From: Sphaerodactylus townsendi
Lineage: Eukaryota
Assembly: GCF_021028975.2 (NCBI RefSeq)
Contig: NC_059430.1
Coordinates: 94,550,001-94,614,000 of the forward strand
Reading direction: 5' to 3'
DNA: 64,000 nt
A program made the position numbers and the translations under genes. Positions within the stretch are counted from its first letter, which is position 1; the number at the start of each line of letters is the position of its first letter. This document shows, one piece after another, positions 1 to 12,469 of this stretch. The notes beneath the pieces were generated by a model, which was not told the DNA's origin, did not search any database, and saw only the letters and a list, made by a program, of their open reading frames with translations.

Positions 1-108
1 ACCAAAGTATCTTTCCTGCCCTCGGATCGAGTTTGGGAAACACCCCAACAAGATGGACTCCTGCCACCCAGGAGAGACCCCTTCCGGTAAGTATCCAATG
101 GGTTGTTT
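1..108. mobile_element. Terminal repeat of a DIRS-like element (right-end orientation)
   Basis: Ends ...CCCCTTCCGGTAAGTATCCAA. Its reverse complement is similar to 7010-7110. Family assignment is from recalled DIRS terminal motifs. Confidence 0.45.
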
Positions 109-1539
109 TACTGCCAACATTTCTACACCTGGATAAACAAGCAAAAGCTGGTAATTTTAATGGAATCTGGTGTGAGCATTTGAATTGAAGATCTAGTTCA
201 TATTCTAATCCCATTTAATTATCATGGCTGGGCTGTGACTGAGGGGAAGTGGAGTAATTACTTTTCAAGGACATCTTGTCCCACAATGCTAAGCTACATT
301 CAAGTTATCATTGCTAGATTTTTACAGCACAATGTTTCACCACCCCGCAGGTCACCACTGCTATGCTACATGTGCTTCTGGTTTTGTTTACTAGTTCTTC
401 TCTGCTTCCATAAAGTATGCACATTGCTAATTACTGCCCTGATACATTTGGTTAGTTCAGGGACTTATGGCAGGAATGCTGAGCAATTAATATGTGCAAG
501 TATCAATAAGTTGCTGCTGGATACATGATGAAAACCTAACAATACAACTTGACACATGTGAAATATTTTAAGCACAGTATATTCTCCCAAGCAAGATAGC
601 TGGGAGGAAAATCCAGCCAAAGATAAAGGTCTTTGAAGTCCACTAAATCCACTTGGAAATGGACTTCTATTTATTGCCATTAGTCCTAGTCCATTACCAA
701 AACTTCACAACTGCTACAAGAGTCAATATTCATATATTGATTTAATGCAGATTTTTTGCATACTACCTCTTCCCACTCTCACTATTAGGATTTAGTCCTT
801 TACTGTGCAGCTTTGTACCATGAAGACAGCATCCTATTTGTTCAGTTACTTTCTGTAAACTGATAAGCAAGGAGGGCAGATTTAATCGCTTTTCGATCAC
901 TTAGATGTGATATAATGAACTATAGTATGAAATAAATCGCTGCAGCTATAAAGGCAACTGCAGCAGGATGCTGTGACATAGTTTTGGTCAACGTGATCCC
1001 TTCACCCCACTGACCAACAATCCAGCAGTGGTTACCACTATTATGAACTGCATATCACTGGCTGGCAAGCCATATGCTGCTGGATGCTCACTTCAAGAGC
1101 TAAACAAACCACTATTACAAATACAAAACATTGCATTGTTTTTTCATGTTAATTACCAAAGGAAACTATGATTACCATCACACAGAAAAGACATTTGACG
1201 AGTCCTACCTTTCTGTAAGTGATTACATTAGAATGGAGTCTGCAAGCACTCTCTTCCTTTGAAAATGCATTGTGATCTCTTGTTTTATTAGCCAACAGAA
1301 GACCCCATTCTCACTTGTCATTTTTACTGGTATTTGGCTCCTGAGAAAAAACATATGCAGCTCTCACATCAGTTCTGGATGACATTTTAAGGAGACTCCT
1401 TTGGAGACAGGGACCTGAACCTCTCCCAATCACTGTATAATGTAATTCAAACAGGTCAGCTAAAAGTTAAATATGCACAGGACCATTCAAAACCAATGTA
1501 AGGAATGTGTACTTCACACTTGGCACTCCTGTAGGGAAG

Positions 1540-1733
1540 TAGGGTTGCCAGCCTCCAGGTGGGGCCTGAAGATTTGCCAGAATTACAACTGATCTCCAGA
1601 CAGAGATCAGTTTCCCTGGAGAAAATGTCTTCTTTGGAGGATGGACTATATGACATTATGCTTGGCTGAATTATTTCCCCAGGATCAATCCCCAAATAGC
1701 CAGGAATTTCCCTAGCGAACGTGGGCAACGCTA
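1540..1733 (+). mobile_element. MITE with TAGGGTTGCCA...GGCAAC(C)CTA termini (hAT-like)
   Basis: Terminal inverted repeats; degenerate 8-bp TSD TAGGGAAG/TAAGGAAA. About ten relatives in the window. Confidence 0.75.
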
Positions 1734-1994
1734 TAAGGAAAGTGAAAATGGGATAGTGCTCCTTTCTCACTGGGACTCACTGAAGATTACAATAAGTCAG
1801 TATGAGTGGGCCATCCAAATGACAATGCAATAAAATTTGATTTGTGGATATCAGGAAACCAACCGGAGGTAAAGAACAGCGTAAGTATTAACATGATACC
1901 TTAAACAAAAGCAAAAATTGCATAGAAAGAGCCCACTTACCACAACAGATACTATATAAGTGGTATAGTCTACAACTCCTAGCCTTTTAATACA

Positions 1995-2930
1995 AGGTTC
2001 CCTCTAAACCATATTATTCAATGCAACCTGATTTCCTGTGCAAAAAGCCCTCTTGAATAATTCAGCTTTGCACAGACTACGGAAAGTCAGGAGGGTGAAA
2101 GCTTTCCTGACTTCATCAGGCAGACCGTTCCATAAGGCGGGGGTCACAATAGAGAATGCACATATGAAATATTTAACATCTAGCATTTTATTTAAGCCCA
2201 CAAGACAGCTAACTACTAAAGTAACATAGATCATTAAAACAAAGCAACCCAAAATAAGCCATGACAATGCTGGTCTGCAAAAAGACCTGCTAAATAGACA
2301 GCAACACATAAAAGCAGAGAACAGCAACAACAGATATATACGAGGCTCCAAAACACTCTTCTGAAGAATATCACTGAAATGCCACCAGAAAAAGAAACAC
2401 AGTGAATTTCCTCTGGGACACTGGGATCTATAATCTGTGTGACAAATGAAAAGGGCCTGTCTGGTACAGCCACCCACCAACTCTTTGATGGTGAATGAAC
2501 AGGTTAATATGGTAGTAAACAGTCCCTTAACATCCAAAACCAAGACCACTTAGGACTTAAAATCGTCAATTTGTAGCAGGCCTGGAAGCAAATTGGCAGT
2601 CAATGACTCTGGTACAGAACTGGCACAATATGATCTGTGTAGCAAGCCTCAGTTAACCAGACACTCTTCATATAATGTATATTACAGTAGTCTAATCTAA
2701 ATGCAAGGAAGACTAGTTTCTGCAGCTGGGCTGTTTTCTCCAGCAAAAGCAGCGCATGAAAACAAAGTCTAAGCAACTGGTAAAAAGCAGTTTTTAGAAA
2801 ACCTGTAAAAATCTTTACTCCAGCAGATGCATAGTAACTGCAGAGAAAGGTGATTTTTGAAGTGCTTTGAATTGGTTTGCCTAATACTATAAGAAGAATC
2901 CTACTGTATAAATAACATGTCATTGCTATG
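1995..2930 (-). mobile_element. Degenerate L2/CR1-clade LINE ORF2 3' fragments
   Basis: Minus-strand peptides PALWNGLPDEVRKA..FRSLCKAELFKRAF and RLDYCN are typical L2 RT C-terminal motifs. Confidence 0.7.
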
Positions 2931-3860
2931 CTTTGCTTTTGGTCTGTTTTCAGAAATCAGGGTGGTTCCAGATTTCTGTTGCAGTGTTGACTGCATGTCC
3001 CATCCTGTTGATTGCACTGATTTACTCAGAACAGTCTGCCTTCAGTCCGAGTGAAAAAGGCTAGCTATAAGAGACTGTTACTCATATGATCTTCTGTCCT
3101 AAATATGCGAGTATCAGATATTTGCTGCCACAAGCTACATTATTAATTTGATCAGCCAATTCTGGAATTGCCCTTCTTCTAAACAGTAAAAAACCACAGG
3201 TATTGGAAAAGATTGCAAAATTTCTTCTGCAAGTGTTTGCTATATGTACTCAAGAACAACATAAGAGAACTTGTTTTAATATCTATTTATTTTATACTTG
3301 CCCTTGTTTTATGCCTAATAAAGGTGATGTGATTAATTATAAATAATGTAAATAAATAAAAATAATAAAATTAGTTACACGTTTTAAGAGTTTTATTGGT
3401 GCTTCAAAGTATGCTTCTCTACATATAGGTAGGTTACGTGAAAAAATACTTGCGCACACACTTGAAAAAGAGACTTCCTGGACTTCCTTGATGGAGATTC
3501 CTGCACATGACTGGAAAACAAAATCCTGTTCAACCTATGTGATCTACTCAAAGCCAGGAGAATCTTGAGAGTCTCACTCTAAAGCACCATTTGCTGAGCA
3601 GCATTTGCTTCCCAGACTAGGTTTCCCATTTGGCCTTGTGAAAATAAAAAAAACACTGCTATAAACTACTATATCTCCAGAAGAGATTTCCTAAAGTTTA
3701 ATCCTACGCATGTTTACTCAACCATACCAACCAATTCAATGTGATTCACATTCAGAGCAACAAAATTCATTCACAAAGCTTTGCAGCATATTATGTTTTA
3801 TGTTGTCTTTAACAAAAACAAAACAAAGGTCTATGAACATTCAGAAATTCACTTTTTTAT

Positions 3861-4157
3861 CTGGTGTAGTGGTTAAGAGCAGGTAGACTCTAACCTGGAG
3901 AACTGGGTTTGATCCCGCACTCCTCCAGATGAGCAGCGGACGCTAACCTCGTGAACTGGATTTGTTTCCCCACTCCTCCACATAAAGCCTGCTAGCTGAC
4001 TTCAGGCTAGTCAGGGTTCTCTCAGAACTCTCTCCACCCCACCTACCTCACAAGGTGTCTGTTATGGGGAGAGGAAGGGAAAAGAGTTTGTAAGCTCTTT
4101 TGAGTCTCTTTACAGAAGAGAAAGGGTGTATAAATCCAAACTCTTCTTCTTTTCTTC
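3861..4157 (+). mobile_element. tRNA-head SINE (Squam3-like), (CTT)n tail
   Basis: A-box TGGTGTAGTGG, B-box-like GGTTTGATCCC, CCTACCTCACAAGG core and ATAAATCCAAACTCTTCTTCT tail. Many copies in the window. Confidence 0.8.
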
Positions 4158-4264
4158 ATATACACATACAATAATGTATCTTATTTACCTCCCTCAGGCC
4201 CTCAAGACTATCTACATATTTTAGCACTTATTTTTCAGATTCTCTGCCAACATGAGAATTTGTA

Positions 4265-4460
4265 CAGCATAGTGGTTAGAATTAGACTAGGATACTGGGA
4301 GACCCAGGTTCGAATCCCCATTCTGTTTTGAATACTGGGGGACCTCAGGCTAGTCACACCTTCAGTCTTGGTGTGAGGAAAAGATGTAAGGAGAAGAAAA
4401 CAGCATAAGCCACTTCAGGTCCCCACTGGGGAAAAAGGCAATGTTTAAATGAAGAAAATA
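4265..4460 (+). mobile_element. Older tRNA-head SINE
   Basis: ATAGTGGTTAG...GGTTCGAATCCCC B-box and the same 3' body as other SINE copies. Confidence 0.7.
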
Positions 4461-4734
4461 CATGAGAGGCAGAATTACACTGACTGGCAAGACCGAGGTT
4501 CAAAATTCCATCAGTCAGTCGCTCAGCTTGAACTACTTATCAGCGCTGTTGATAAAATGAGGAAAGAGAGAATAATTTTTACCACCCTGAACTCTGTGGA
4601 GAAGGGCAGACTAAAAGTGAATATGTGAGAACATAACTTTAGCACTTATCTCCCTCCCCAAGTAGCAGACTGAGTCTGTATACTCAAATTAATCTTAGGA
4701 GCCAAAGTCAAAGATTTTGCAATTATTCTAAGCA

Positions 4735-5522
4735 CTAGCAATAAAACCCATTGTGGTAAAAAATACAACGGCCTCTAGACTAGAGGCATAGCAGGGGAAA
4801 TGACGCCCAGGGCAAAATGGCACCTCCCGTGCCCCCCCCACTCTGTGCCTCACTTACCTGAGCCAGCGGCAGTCCTGGGTAGCCCGGCAGGGTGGGGCTG
4901 AGGGGTGCCTGGCTACAGCCTCTGATGGGCCTGGGCTGAGAGGCCCCGCTAGGCCTGCTGAAGGAGTGGTCTGGAGGGGCTGGGGCTAGCTGAGGTGGAA
5001 GGGGCGTGGGGGGCGATTTTCCGCCCAGAGCATTTGTCCCCACCCCGCCTCATGTTAGCTACGCCATTGCTCTAGACCGCTGTTGTTGGCGGGTGCAGCA
5101 GGATTAGGATCTCCCCACCCAACCTCCCTCTAACCCCTCCCCCACCCAACCTCCCTTCCCAACTTCTGCTGGTCTTGGGAAGTGAGGTGGGGGGAACGAT
5201 CCTGTGTGCAGTACTGCAGATCTCAGTCTCTCCCTCCCCCCTTGCTTCCCAACCTCAGAAGGAGTTGGAAAGCAAGGAAGGGGAAGAGATCCTGCATGCG
5301 GAGCCAAGCTAGCTTGGCTCCACAAGCAGAATCATGTTCTCTCCCTCTCCTGCTTGATGCCCAACTCCTGCCGGCTCAGAGGCGGGAGGAGTGAACTTGC
5401 AAGATCATGTCCACTCTCCCTGCATCTCCCATCCCAGATATCATTCAGTAAGAATGGAATGCAATTTGGCTACGAGTGTGACGTCACGATGTGTCCCATT
5501 CTTACTGAATTACATTTTAGGA
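4735..5522 (-). mobile_element. Non-autonomous Helitron-like element
   Basis: Minus strand starts A|TC at 5522 and ends with hairpin CCGTTGT...ACAATGG then CTAG|T at 4735. No TSD. Contains a nested hAT MITE. Confidence 0.6.
4781..5069. mobile_element. hAT-type MITE nested in the Helitron-like element
   Basis: Perfect 8-bp TSD CTCTAGAC (4773-4780, 5070-5077); TIRs TAGAGGCATAGC / GCTACGCCATTG. Confidence 0.85.
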
Positions 5523-6355
5523 TATTCTCAATCACTTCTTCCCTTGGTGTGAATTTAACTACAATTAATTCCATCAAGTGTACAAATATCTGCCAAAGTC
5601 ATACTGTATATCCAGCAAGAAATATTAACACAAAAATGCCAGCCAAAGCTTTTAGCTTAATTGTTGGAATGTTTTAAATTTTAAAATGCATATTATTTAT
5701 CTGTATTTTATATGTAATTAACCTAAGGTTAGCCACCTCGGGGCTCAAGGGGAGGAGCAGCTTGTTAAGTCCAATAAATTGAATATAATAAGGTGCCTTA
5801 AAACATACGAAGCTTTAAGAGTAAATGTGATGGTCATGGGACCCTGTCACTTGTGCAGCACGGTATTAGGTTCTCTTCACTTCCCACATGGTACACATTG
5901 AGAGTGATGCTCACCAATCAAATGTTAAGTCTCTTTAATCAAGAAGTATGACTTGAAATGTATTGTTTCCACAAACAGACACTCATGTATTAGCCAGCGT
6001 GTGGGTCCCCACTCTTCCCCAAATGAACAATTCCTTCCAATGAGGTGAATCAGAAAATGCATCTGTAATTCCATACTAGCTCAGTCAATTATAATTGTGA
6101 AACATAGCAAGAAGTAGGACTCAAGGAATCAGGAACCTAAAACAAGCTCCATAGCAATCTACTCATTCCTTTACATACAGATCCCATAACATGATCACAA
6201 GACCATATCCTGATTTTAACCCACCGTGCTTGTCTTCTCCTGATTGCCAGTCTTCTCTTTGAAAGGAGTCTTAATTGGAAACAAACACAGAATGCACAAC
6301 AGCAAGCAAGGAAAAGAAGCGAGAGGAAACTAGGTCACTAACATATCAAACTTAC

Positions 6356-6854
6356 CTTACCAGTGCATCTGGTTTGCTTAGCTGGTTATTGGGAATACAG
6401 TTTTCCAATAAGTCTTTGTGTGTGCATGGGCTCTTGCTAGCACACTTCTGTTTTTTGTCATTCTTCGCAGATGAGGAAGGAATGCTCCCATTAGTTGCAC
6501 TGTGGCTGCGAGGTGAGGAGTTCACAACACCGCTGGCATTTTTGTAGTTTTTGGATGAGGCAGTGCATGAGTCCTCTTTTAAGAGGTTTTCTGTACTTCC
6601 CACAAGATCGTTATTTAATCTTTTGCTATTGATATGGTTCTCCATGTACTCGATTTCCTGTATTTTCGAGTCTACAGGTTGCAAAATATTGTTATTTATT
6701 CCAAGGTTATGTTTTTTGGCATCTTTGTCTTTTTCTTTCCCCTTTTCCCTGTACTCCAATTCCGGTAACGTGGTAGATAATTTTTTATTGGCTGGAATAC
6801 CCCCATTGTGCTGCAAAAGTATTGAGGAATCCATATCAGACAGTCCTTTGGCCG
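6356..6854 (-). CDS. MACO1: Macoilin coding exon 6 (AAKGLSDMDSSILLQHNGG...NQLSKPDALVR)
   Basis: CAG acceptor, AG|GTAAGT donor, 499 nt; ORF 6352..6834. The downstream coiled-coil exons were not found in 1-6355, so the gene continues left of the window. Confidence 0.96.
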
Positions 6855-7009
6855 CTGGAAAAAAGTCAAAAGGAAAAAAATACTATTAATGTTTTTTTAA
6901 ATATACAAACAATAGTGATCTTTGTCCTCTTTACCAGGGTATGTACTTGTTTTATGGAGAAAAAAACTAGGAGTCAGACACCATGGTTCTGAGCTGGGTG
7001 AAGAGAAGA

Positions 7010-7800
7010 ACCGTGGATAGTTACCATGAGGATTCCTTCTGCTTTGTGGTAAGGAGGGCATCTTGAATTTGGGTGTTTCTCACCAGCTGTTCAGGGAGGC
7101 AGGACTTATACTTGTAATTGACAGGGAGATCTAAATTCTCAGCCTTAATATCTACATATTCTCATTCCTGTATTTTCTTTTTGTTACTCCTCCCCCCCGC
7201 ACCCCCACACACGGAGGATGCTAAGGTTCATGAGGAATTCAGCAGGGATGGCATTCTTTCTGATGAGAAGTCAGATCCAGGGCTGCTGTTTCCTTTGCCT
7301 CTAGGAGACAACATAGTCTCCAAAAGCCTGAGGCGGCAAAGGAGTGTGAGAATGGAAGAGTACTTGGCGCCAAAACAAAAGTGGCAAACCACGCAGCAGA
7401 AAAATGGTGTGAAAAAGACCTTGCTGGGGGAAAAAATGGTCCCAATGACTGCCGCTTTGGCCCTGAGTGGCAACAATGGCAAATCCAACTCTTCAGAGGA
7501 TATCTCCCCTAAACCCAAGAAGATGAACCACCCTCAAAAGGCTAAAGTACTTCTATCCGCCGTCCTCCCGAGGTTGTGGAAGGACAGCCATTTTGTTCCA
7601 TCAATATTATGGAGACAGTCAGGAGGCCCCTAAGGGAAGAGCTGAAACAAATTCAGATGCACTCCCCTCCAACTACTAACTATTCCTTTGGTGGAAAAGC
7701 CACTGAAACTGGAGGAACGCTTTCTGATGAGCTGAGAATTCTCGACTTCATTCATTTCTTCTAATTGCAAAGATTAATGAAATGCTGGACAGGATCTGAT
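7010..7800 (+). mobile_element. DIRS-like left terminus plus decayed low-complexity ORF1-like region
   Basis: 7010-7110 is an inverted homolog of 1-108. It is followed by ORF 7118..7633 with repeated AAAATGG motifs. No splice context linking it to a gene. Confidence 0.4.
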
Positions 7801-9166
7801 GGATGCTCCCACATGGGCTCAATGATAAACTGTGGCATGCAAATTGGGAGCTGCCCTCTGGATTGTGCCTTCCCTTTCATTCTCATGACAGCAAATTCCC
7901 TTTTCCTTCCAGTGAAGTTGAAAATATAAGTTAAACATCATGGTTAATGCCAAAAAAAATGCTAATGCAACCCCCCCCCCCAAACAATAAAAAAACAGAT
8001 TCCTTTGTAACAATATTTCGCAAACCATGGTTACAGTCTCTGATTTACAAGGGGAAAAGCAGTTACCTACCAGTAATTATCATTCTTCAACTTATCATTT
8101 ATGAAATTAAACTATCGTGTCTGCACATTGCACTGCTGGAAACTTTAGTCAGGGAGACAGCTCTCCTGTCCCTCCCCTTAGAATGAAGTACTCCACCCCA
8201 TCTAGCATGTCCTGAGGGATGGGATGAAGGCATTCAGTTTCCCGTGCCTAACCATGTAAGAACTCACATATAAATAAGAGCCCAGCACTGGGAAAAGAGA
8301 TTATCACCAGCATCAACTTGCACATATATTATTTTACTGGCCACCTAACTGAAAGACTGTACAGACAGACTCAAAAGAATACTAGCCACAGGCAAGCAAA
8401 CCTTCCTTCCCCTGGCCTCTGTACACAAATATGTGGGTAGTTGCTTTAAATGCACCTGGGAGGTGGATGCTCACAAGTTAAACTAGTCTGAAGAACAGAT
8501 CTTTCAAGTTTTGTGTCAGCTGGATTCCTGATCTTTAGACATAAAGTTTTGACAAATATGGACTAGTCTGCCCATGTGGTAGCTTTGGAGAGTCTTAGTG
8601 GGGAAAAAATAATACCATTATGAGGAAAGTCATAACAAGTGAATAATTTTGTCCTTGACAAGAAGAAAAATAAAATCTCTCCCAAGAGAACTGAACTTGG
8701 TGGCACAAGAAACAAAATTATAGCACAGCAAGAATATTCTAACTTTAAGATGGGAGCTCTTACAAAAAATCTCAGAGAAAATGCCTGATGGTGTTGCTAT
8801 TGTGGCAAGATCCAGAAAAATCAGAATGGCTCCTTGAAATATGCTTGGAAAGGTCAGTTGCTCTACCCAGGAAGAGGGCAAAAGTGCCAACACCTCCATC
8901 CTTGAACTCTAAATGTTTTTGAAGACATTCTACTGAGGTAGAGAACATGATTGCGGGACCTGACAGAGACCACGAGGAAGCAAGTTTGCAAGCATCATCA
9001 TCTGTATCAGTGCACATGTAAAAGAAACCAGTGTTAACACAGCGAAGAGAACTGATTCAGAGAGAAAGCACATGCCAAAAGACTGGCTCCAAATTCAAAA
9101 ACCATGGTTTGCAGGGAGATACTGGCATTAACTCTGTGCCATGTCTGTGGAAAAGCAGAAACTTAC

Positions 9167-9345
9167 CTTCCTCTGCTTCTTTTTCTTGTCTTTGTAGCAT
9201 CTGCTGTTCCGGGGGTAAAGCTTGCTGAAGAAGCTGCATGTAAAATTCATTCTCTTTCTGCACCTCCTTTTGTTTTCTTAATCGCATTTTATAGCTGACA
9301 TAACTTTTGAAGCCAAAGCCCAAAGTCACAACAGGATAGCCAATA
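9167..9345 (-). CDS. MACO1: Macoilin coding exon 5 (CIGYPVVTLGFGFKSYVSYKMRLRKQKEVQKENEFYMQLLQQALPPEQQMLQRQEKEAEE)
   Basis: CAG acceptor, G|GTAAG donor, 179 nt; part of ORF 9057..9329. Confidence 0.97.
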
Positions 9346-12300
9346 CTGGGTACAGGGTGGAAGACAAAAAGGCAATAGTTAATAGAAACAAAAGCACCTT
9401 GGTAAATAAACTACTGAGATGTTCAGAATATAATGAAATATATCAGGATTACCATTCTCATCAGAAACTATGATGCCCACAGAAAGGCACAAACAGGATT
9501 TGGATATTATTTATATGTCAAGATAAACAACAAATGAAGTCCTGGAATAAAGCAATATCCCCACCACATCTCTCCCTGTATATTGCCATGTCTTCAGCCT
9601 GCTACTCTCTGGGCAGTCTCTCACTAGATGTGACTCAACAGGCATCAATGAAGGCCCACAGTTTCTCAGTGCTATTCTTATTTTATGGAATGGGCTCCAT
9701 TGAGGAGATGAGGATGACATTGTCTTTGGAAACTGCTATAAGGCACTGTAAGGCTCTTTTTATTTTGCAGAGCTTTTAATAGAATGTAAGATGCAAACAT
9801 TAATTAGATAGGGACGCATGTAGACTGGAGTTTTATTTGATGCCTTTGTTATGTATTATAAGTAGCCCCAAGGCATGAGAAAAGGTAGAATATAGGTGTT
9901 TCAATAAATAAGTCAGAATAAGTTTGCCCAGTCTATCCCCATACTTATAATCTGCAGTGAAGACAGGAGGGTTAGTTCACAAATAATGTTTCCAGATTTC
10001 CAAAGAATGAGAGTTGTTCTCCCTTCTCAGTCTGAATTGCTCAGCTATCTCCTGGTTTAGGCAACACATTTTTTGCTGTCACAGTCCAACTGGCAAACTA
10101 TGGCTTCAATCCCACCTAGAGTTTCTGGGAGAGGGCATGTTCATGGAGAAAGTGAAATATTTGTAGTCTCTTCTCTCATCATAATCCAAAATGCTCCCTG
10201 AAATGCTGTTTCTGGGGAATGGGGGACCCCACGAAAAGAGGAATCAAATGTCTCTTGAAGAAAGGGGGAACTGGCAAAAAACCACCTTGGGAATCCAAAT
10301 CTATGGCACACACTTGCTCATAGCATGACCATGCAAGGAGAGGAGAAAAGGCATAAGACATGTTCATAGACCCTTTCCCCCCCCCCCCCCAAAAAAAAAA
10401 TGGTTTAGAGGAGTGGAAATGCTATGTATGAATTGGAATATAGTTTGTGAAAGGGGAGAGGAATCTCCCTGAATATGCCCAAGAGTACTATGCTACCTTT
10501 ATGAAAAAGATTACCCACACACATAAAAGTTATAAGCTTCAATTGACCCAAGATGTTGAACACTGTTTCAGTGGTAGGAAAAAGTGCTCTTACAGAAAGC
10601 TCTCAATTAACAAGTCTCAAATAGAAAGAGACTGCCTAGTGAACAGACACATTTCTAGCATGTATCATCTTTGCCACTGCGCCTTCACAATATTGGAACA
10701 CTTATGTTATATTAAAGCAACACATTAATTCTCGGCTAAGCGCAATATTAGTTACTCTAATTAATTATAGTTCAACAGTCCACTAATTCCATTAAAGTGA
10801 TAGTCCTGGGCACAGTTCTGCCAGCTGACCCTTGTTGACTTCAGCGGAGCTCCTTTGGCACTTGATATGCTTACAATCATGAACTTCAAAGAATTAATTT
10901 AGCAGCTGTTTTAAAATCACAATTGTAAACCAAGTAAAGGGCTATAAACAAATAATGAAACAATGCATTAAAAAAGGGACATTGCGGTTCTAATAATTTT
11001 AAAACCACCCAAACTATCCAACTATCACCAAATCCCGTTGCACAGAAATCAATAATTAAAAAAATTAAAAATAAATTTTTAAATTTAAATTGGAGTTAAT
11101 AAAAGGCCTTTTAAGGGGAAAAAAATCTGTCTAAAGATAGTTTAAACAGTTTTCCATTTAAGATACATTATAGTCCAAAGGTCATTTATCATGAAAGGAT
11201 TGATTTTTAATTATGTGACATGAAGCTGTATATTTTTATTTGTTTGTTTGTTTGTTTAATTTCTAAACTTCCCTGCCCCTAGGGGCTCAGGGTGGTGGAA
11301 AACAGTTATAAAAACAGCTTAAAAACATAACATAAAACAATTAATTAGCAATAATAAAACCATGTTTAATTTTTTTGGTAAATAAATTCCATTAATCCAT
11401 TCACAATGTCATATTCTTCCAGAGGTTTCTATAAGACTATTTTGTGTAGTTTTTCATCTAGAAGACATTTTTTATTTTTATTTACACTTTAGATTTTTAG
11501 GCCGCCCTCCCTGGAAGGGCTCAGGGCGGCAAACAACACAATTTTTTGTCACACATGCATGGTTTTACAGTTCTCAAAACTGTGAATTAGTGTCTGCAGA
11601 TAATAAGCCTCATCTTCACCCAACATTCAAAGCTATAACCAGTGGTGGGATTCAAATGATTTAATAACTGGTTGTTTACAAGCACCATAAATATGAAATA
11701 AACATACAGAATTATACAGAATGATTATAGCTATAGCCAAATATTAAGTAAACCGGTACAAATGTACATATTTATCCATAGTCATTTAATTAGATATATG
11801 CAGTTTTAAAATGGCTGGATTGCTTGCTTCTTGGTTCTGACTTGACTCTGAGGAGAACATTATGTATTAGTATGTTATTGTTTATTTACTATGTATTATT
11901 ATGTTATTGTTTATTTTCTATGTTGTGCACCGCCCTGAGCCCTCCGGGGGAGGGCGGTATATAAATTAAATATCTAATCTAATCTGTGAAAAAGACCTTA
12001 ATCCTATTGTTCCTTTGCTAATCTGTGTACCAAGAATCAACCCCTACCTCTTAAGCACTAAGTTTCAAGAAGTTCAATGAATTGAAGATTGTTTGGATTG
12101 GAATAGATCTGTTCAAAGAGCGAAGTGTGATGAGGGACGGGCAAGCAGTAAAAATGAAAGTGAAACCTTTTCAGCAGAATGTTCTACAAGTCTTGGGATC
12201 TTTGTGTGCATATACTATTCTCTCCATGCAGGAGAAAATCTATAATGGCAGCAGGTCATAAAAGAGACCAAGTTTGAGAATACTTTTATGAAGTTTCTCT

Positions 12301-12469
12301 ACCTAAGGGTACAACAGGCATTATTCTAAAAATTAAACTCTCCTCTTGATTTAAATCAACTCTTGCTGACTAGTGATTTGAATTGCGATTTAAATCAATT
12401 TGATTTAATGAAATCCACCATGAATCAAACTACCACTACCAAAAGCCTCACTGAACAAAGAAGTCTAAC

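Noticed and set aside
3861-3930. tRNA genes at TGGTGTAGTGG/GGTTCGAATCC motifs (also 4270, 12480, 27445, 50218, 60130)
   Set aside because: No cloverleaf is evident and each continues into the same SINE body and tail, so they are SINE heads.
1-6350. MACO1 exon 7 (LEQDIKKLKADLQ...)
   Set aside because: Not found on the minus strand by eye; presumably left of the window.
7118-7633. 171-aa plus-strand ORF as a novel antisense gene
   Set aside because: Starts at TTG, is low complexity, sits directly behind a TE-like terminus and has no exon context. More likely a decayed retroelement ORF.
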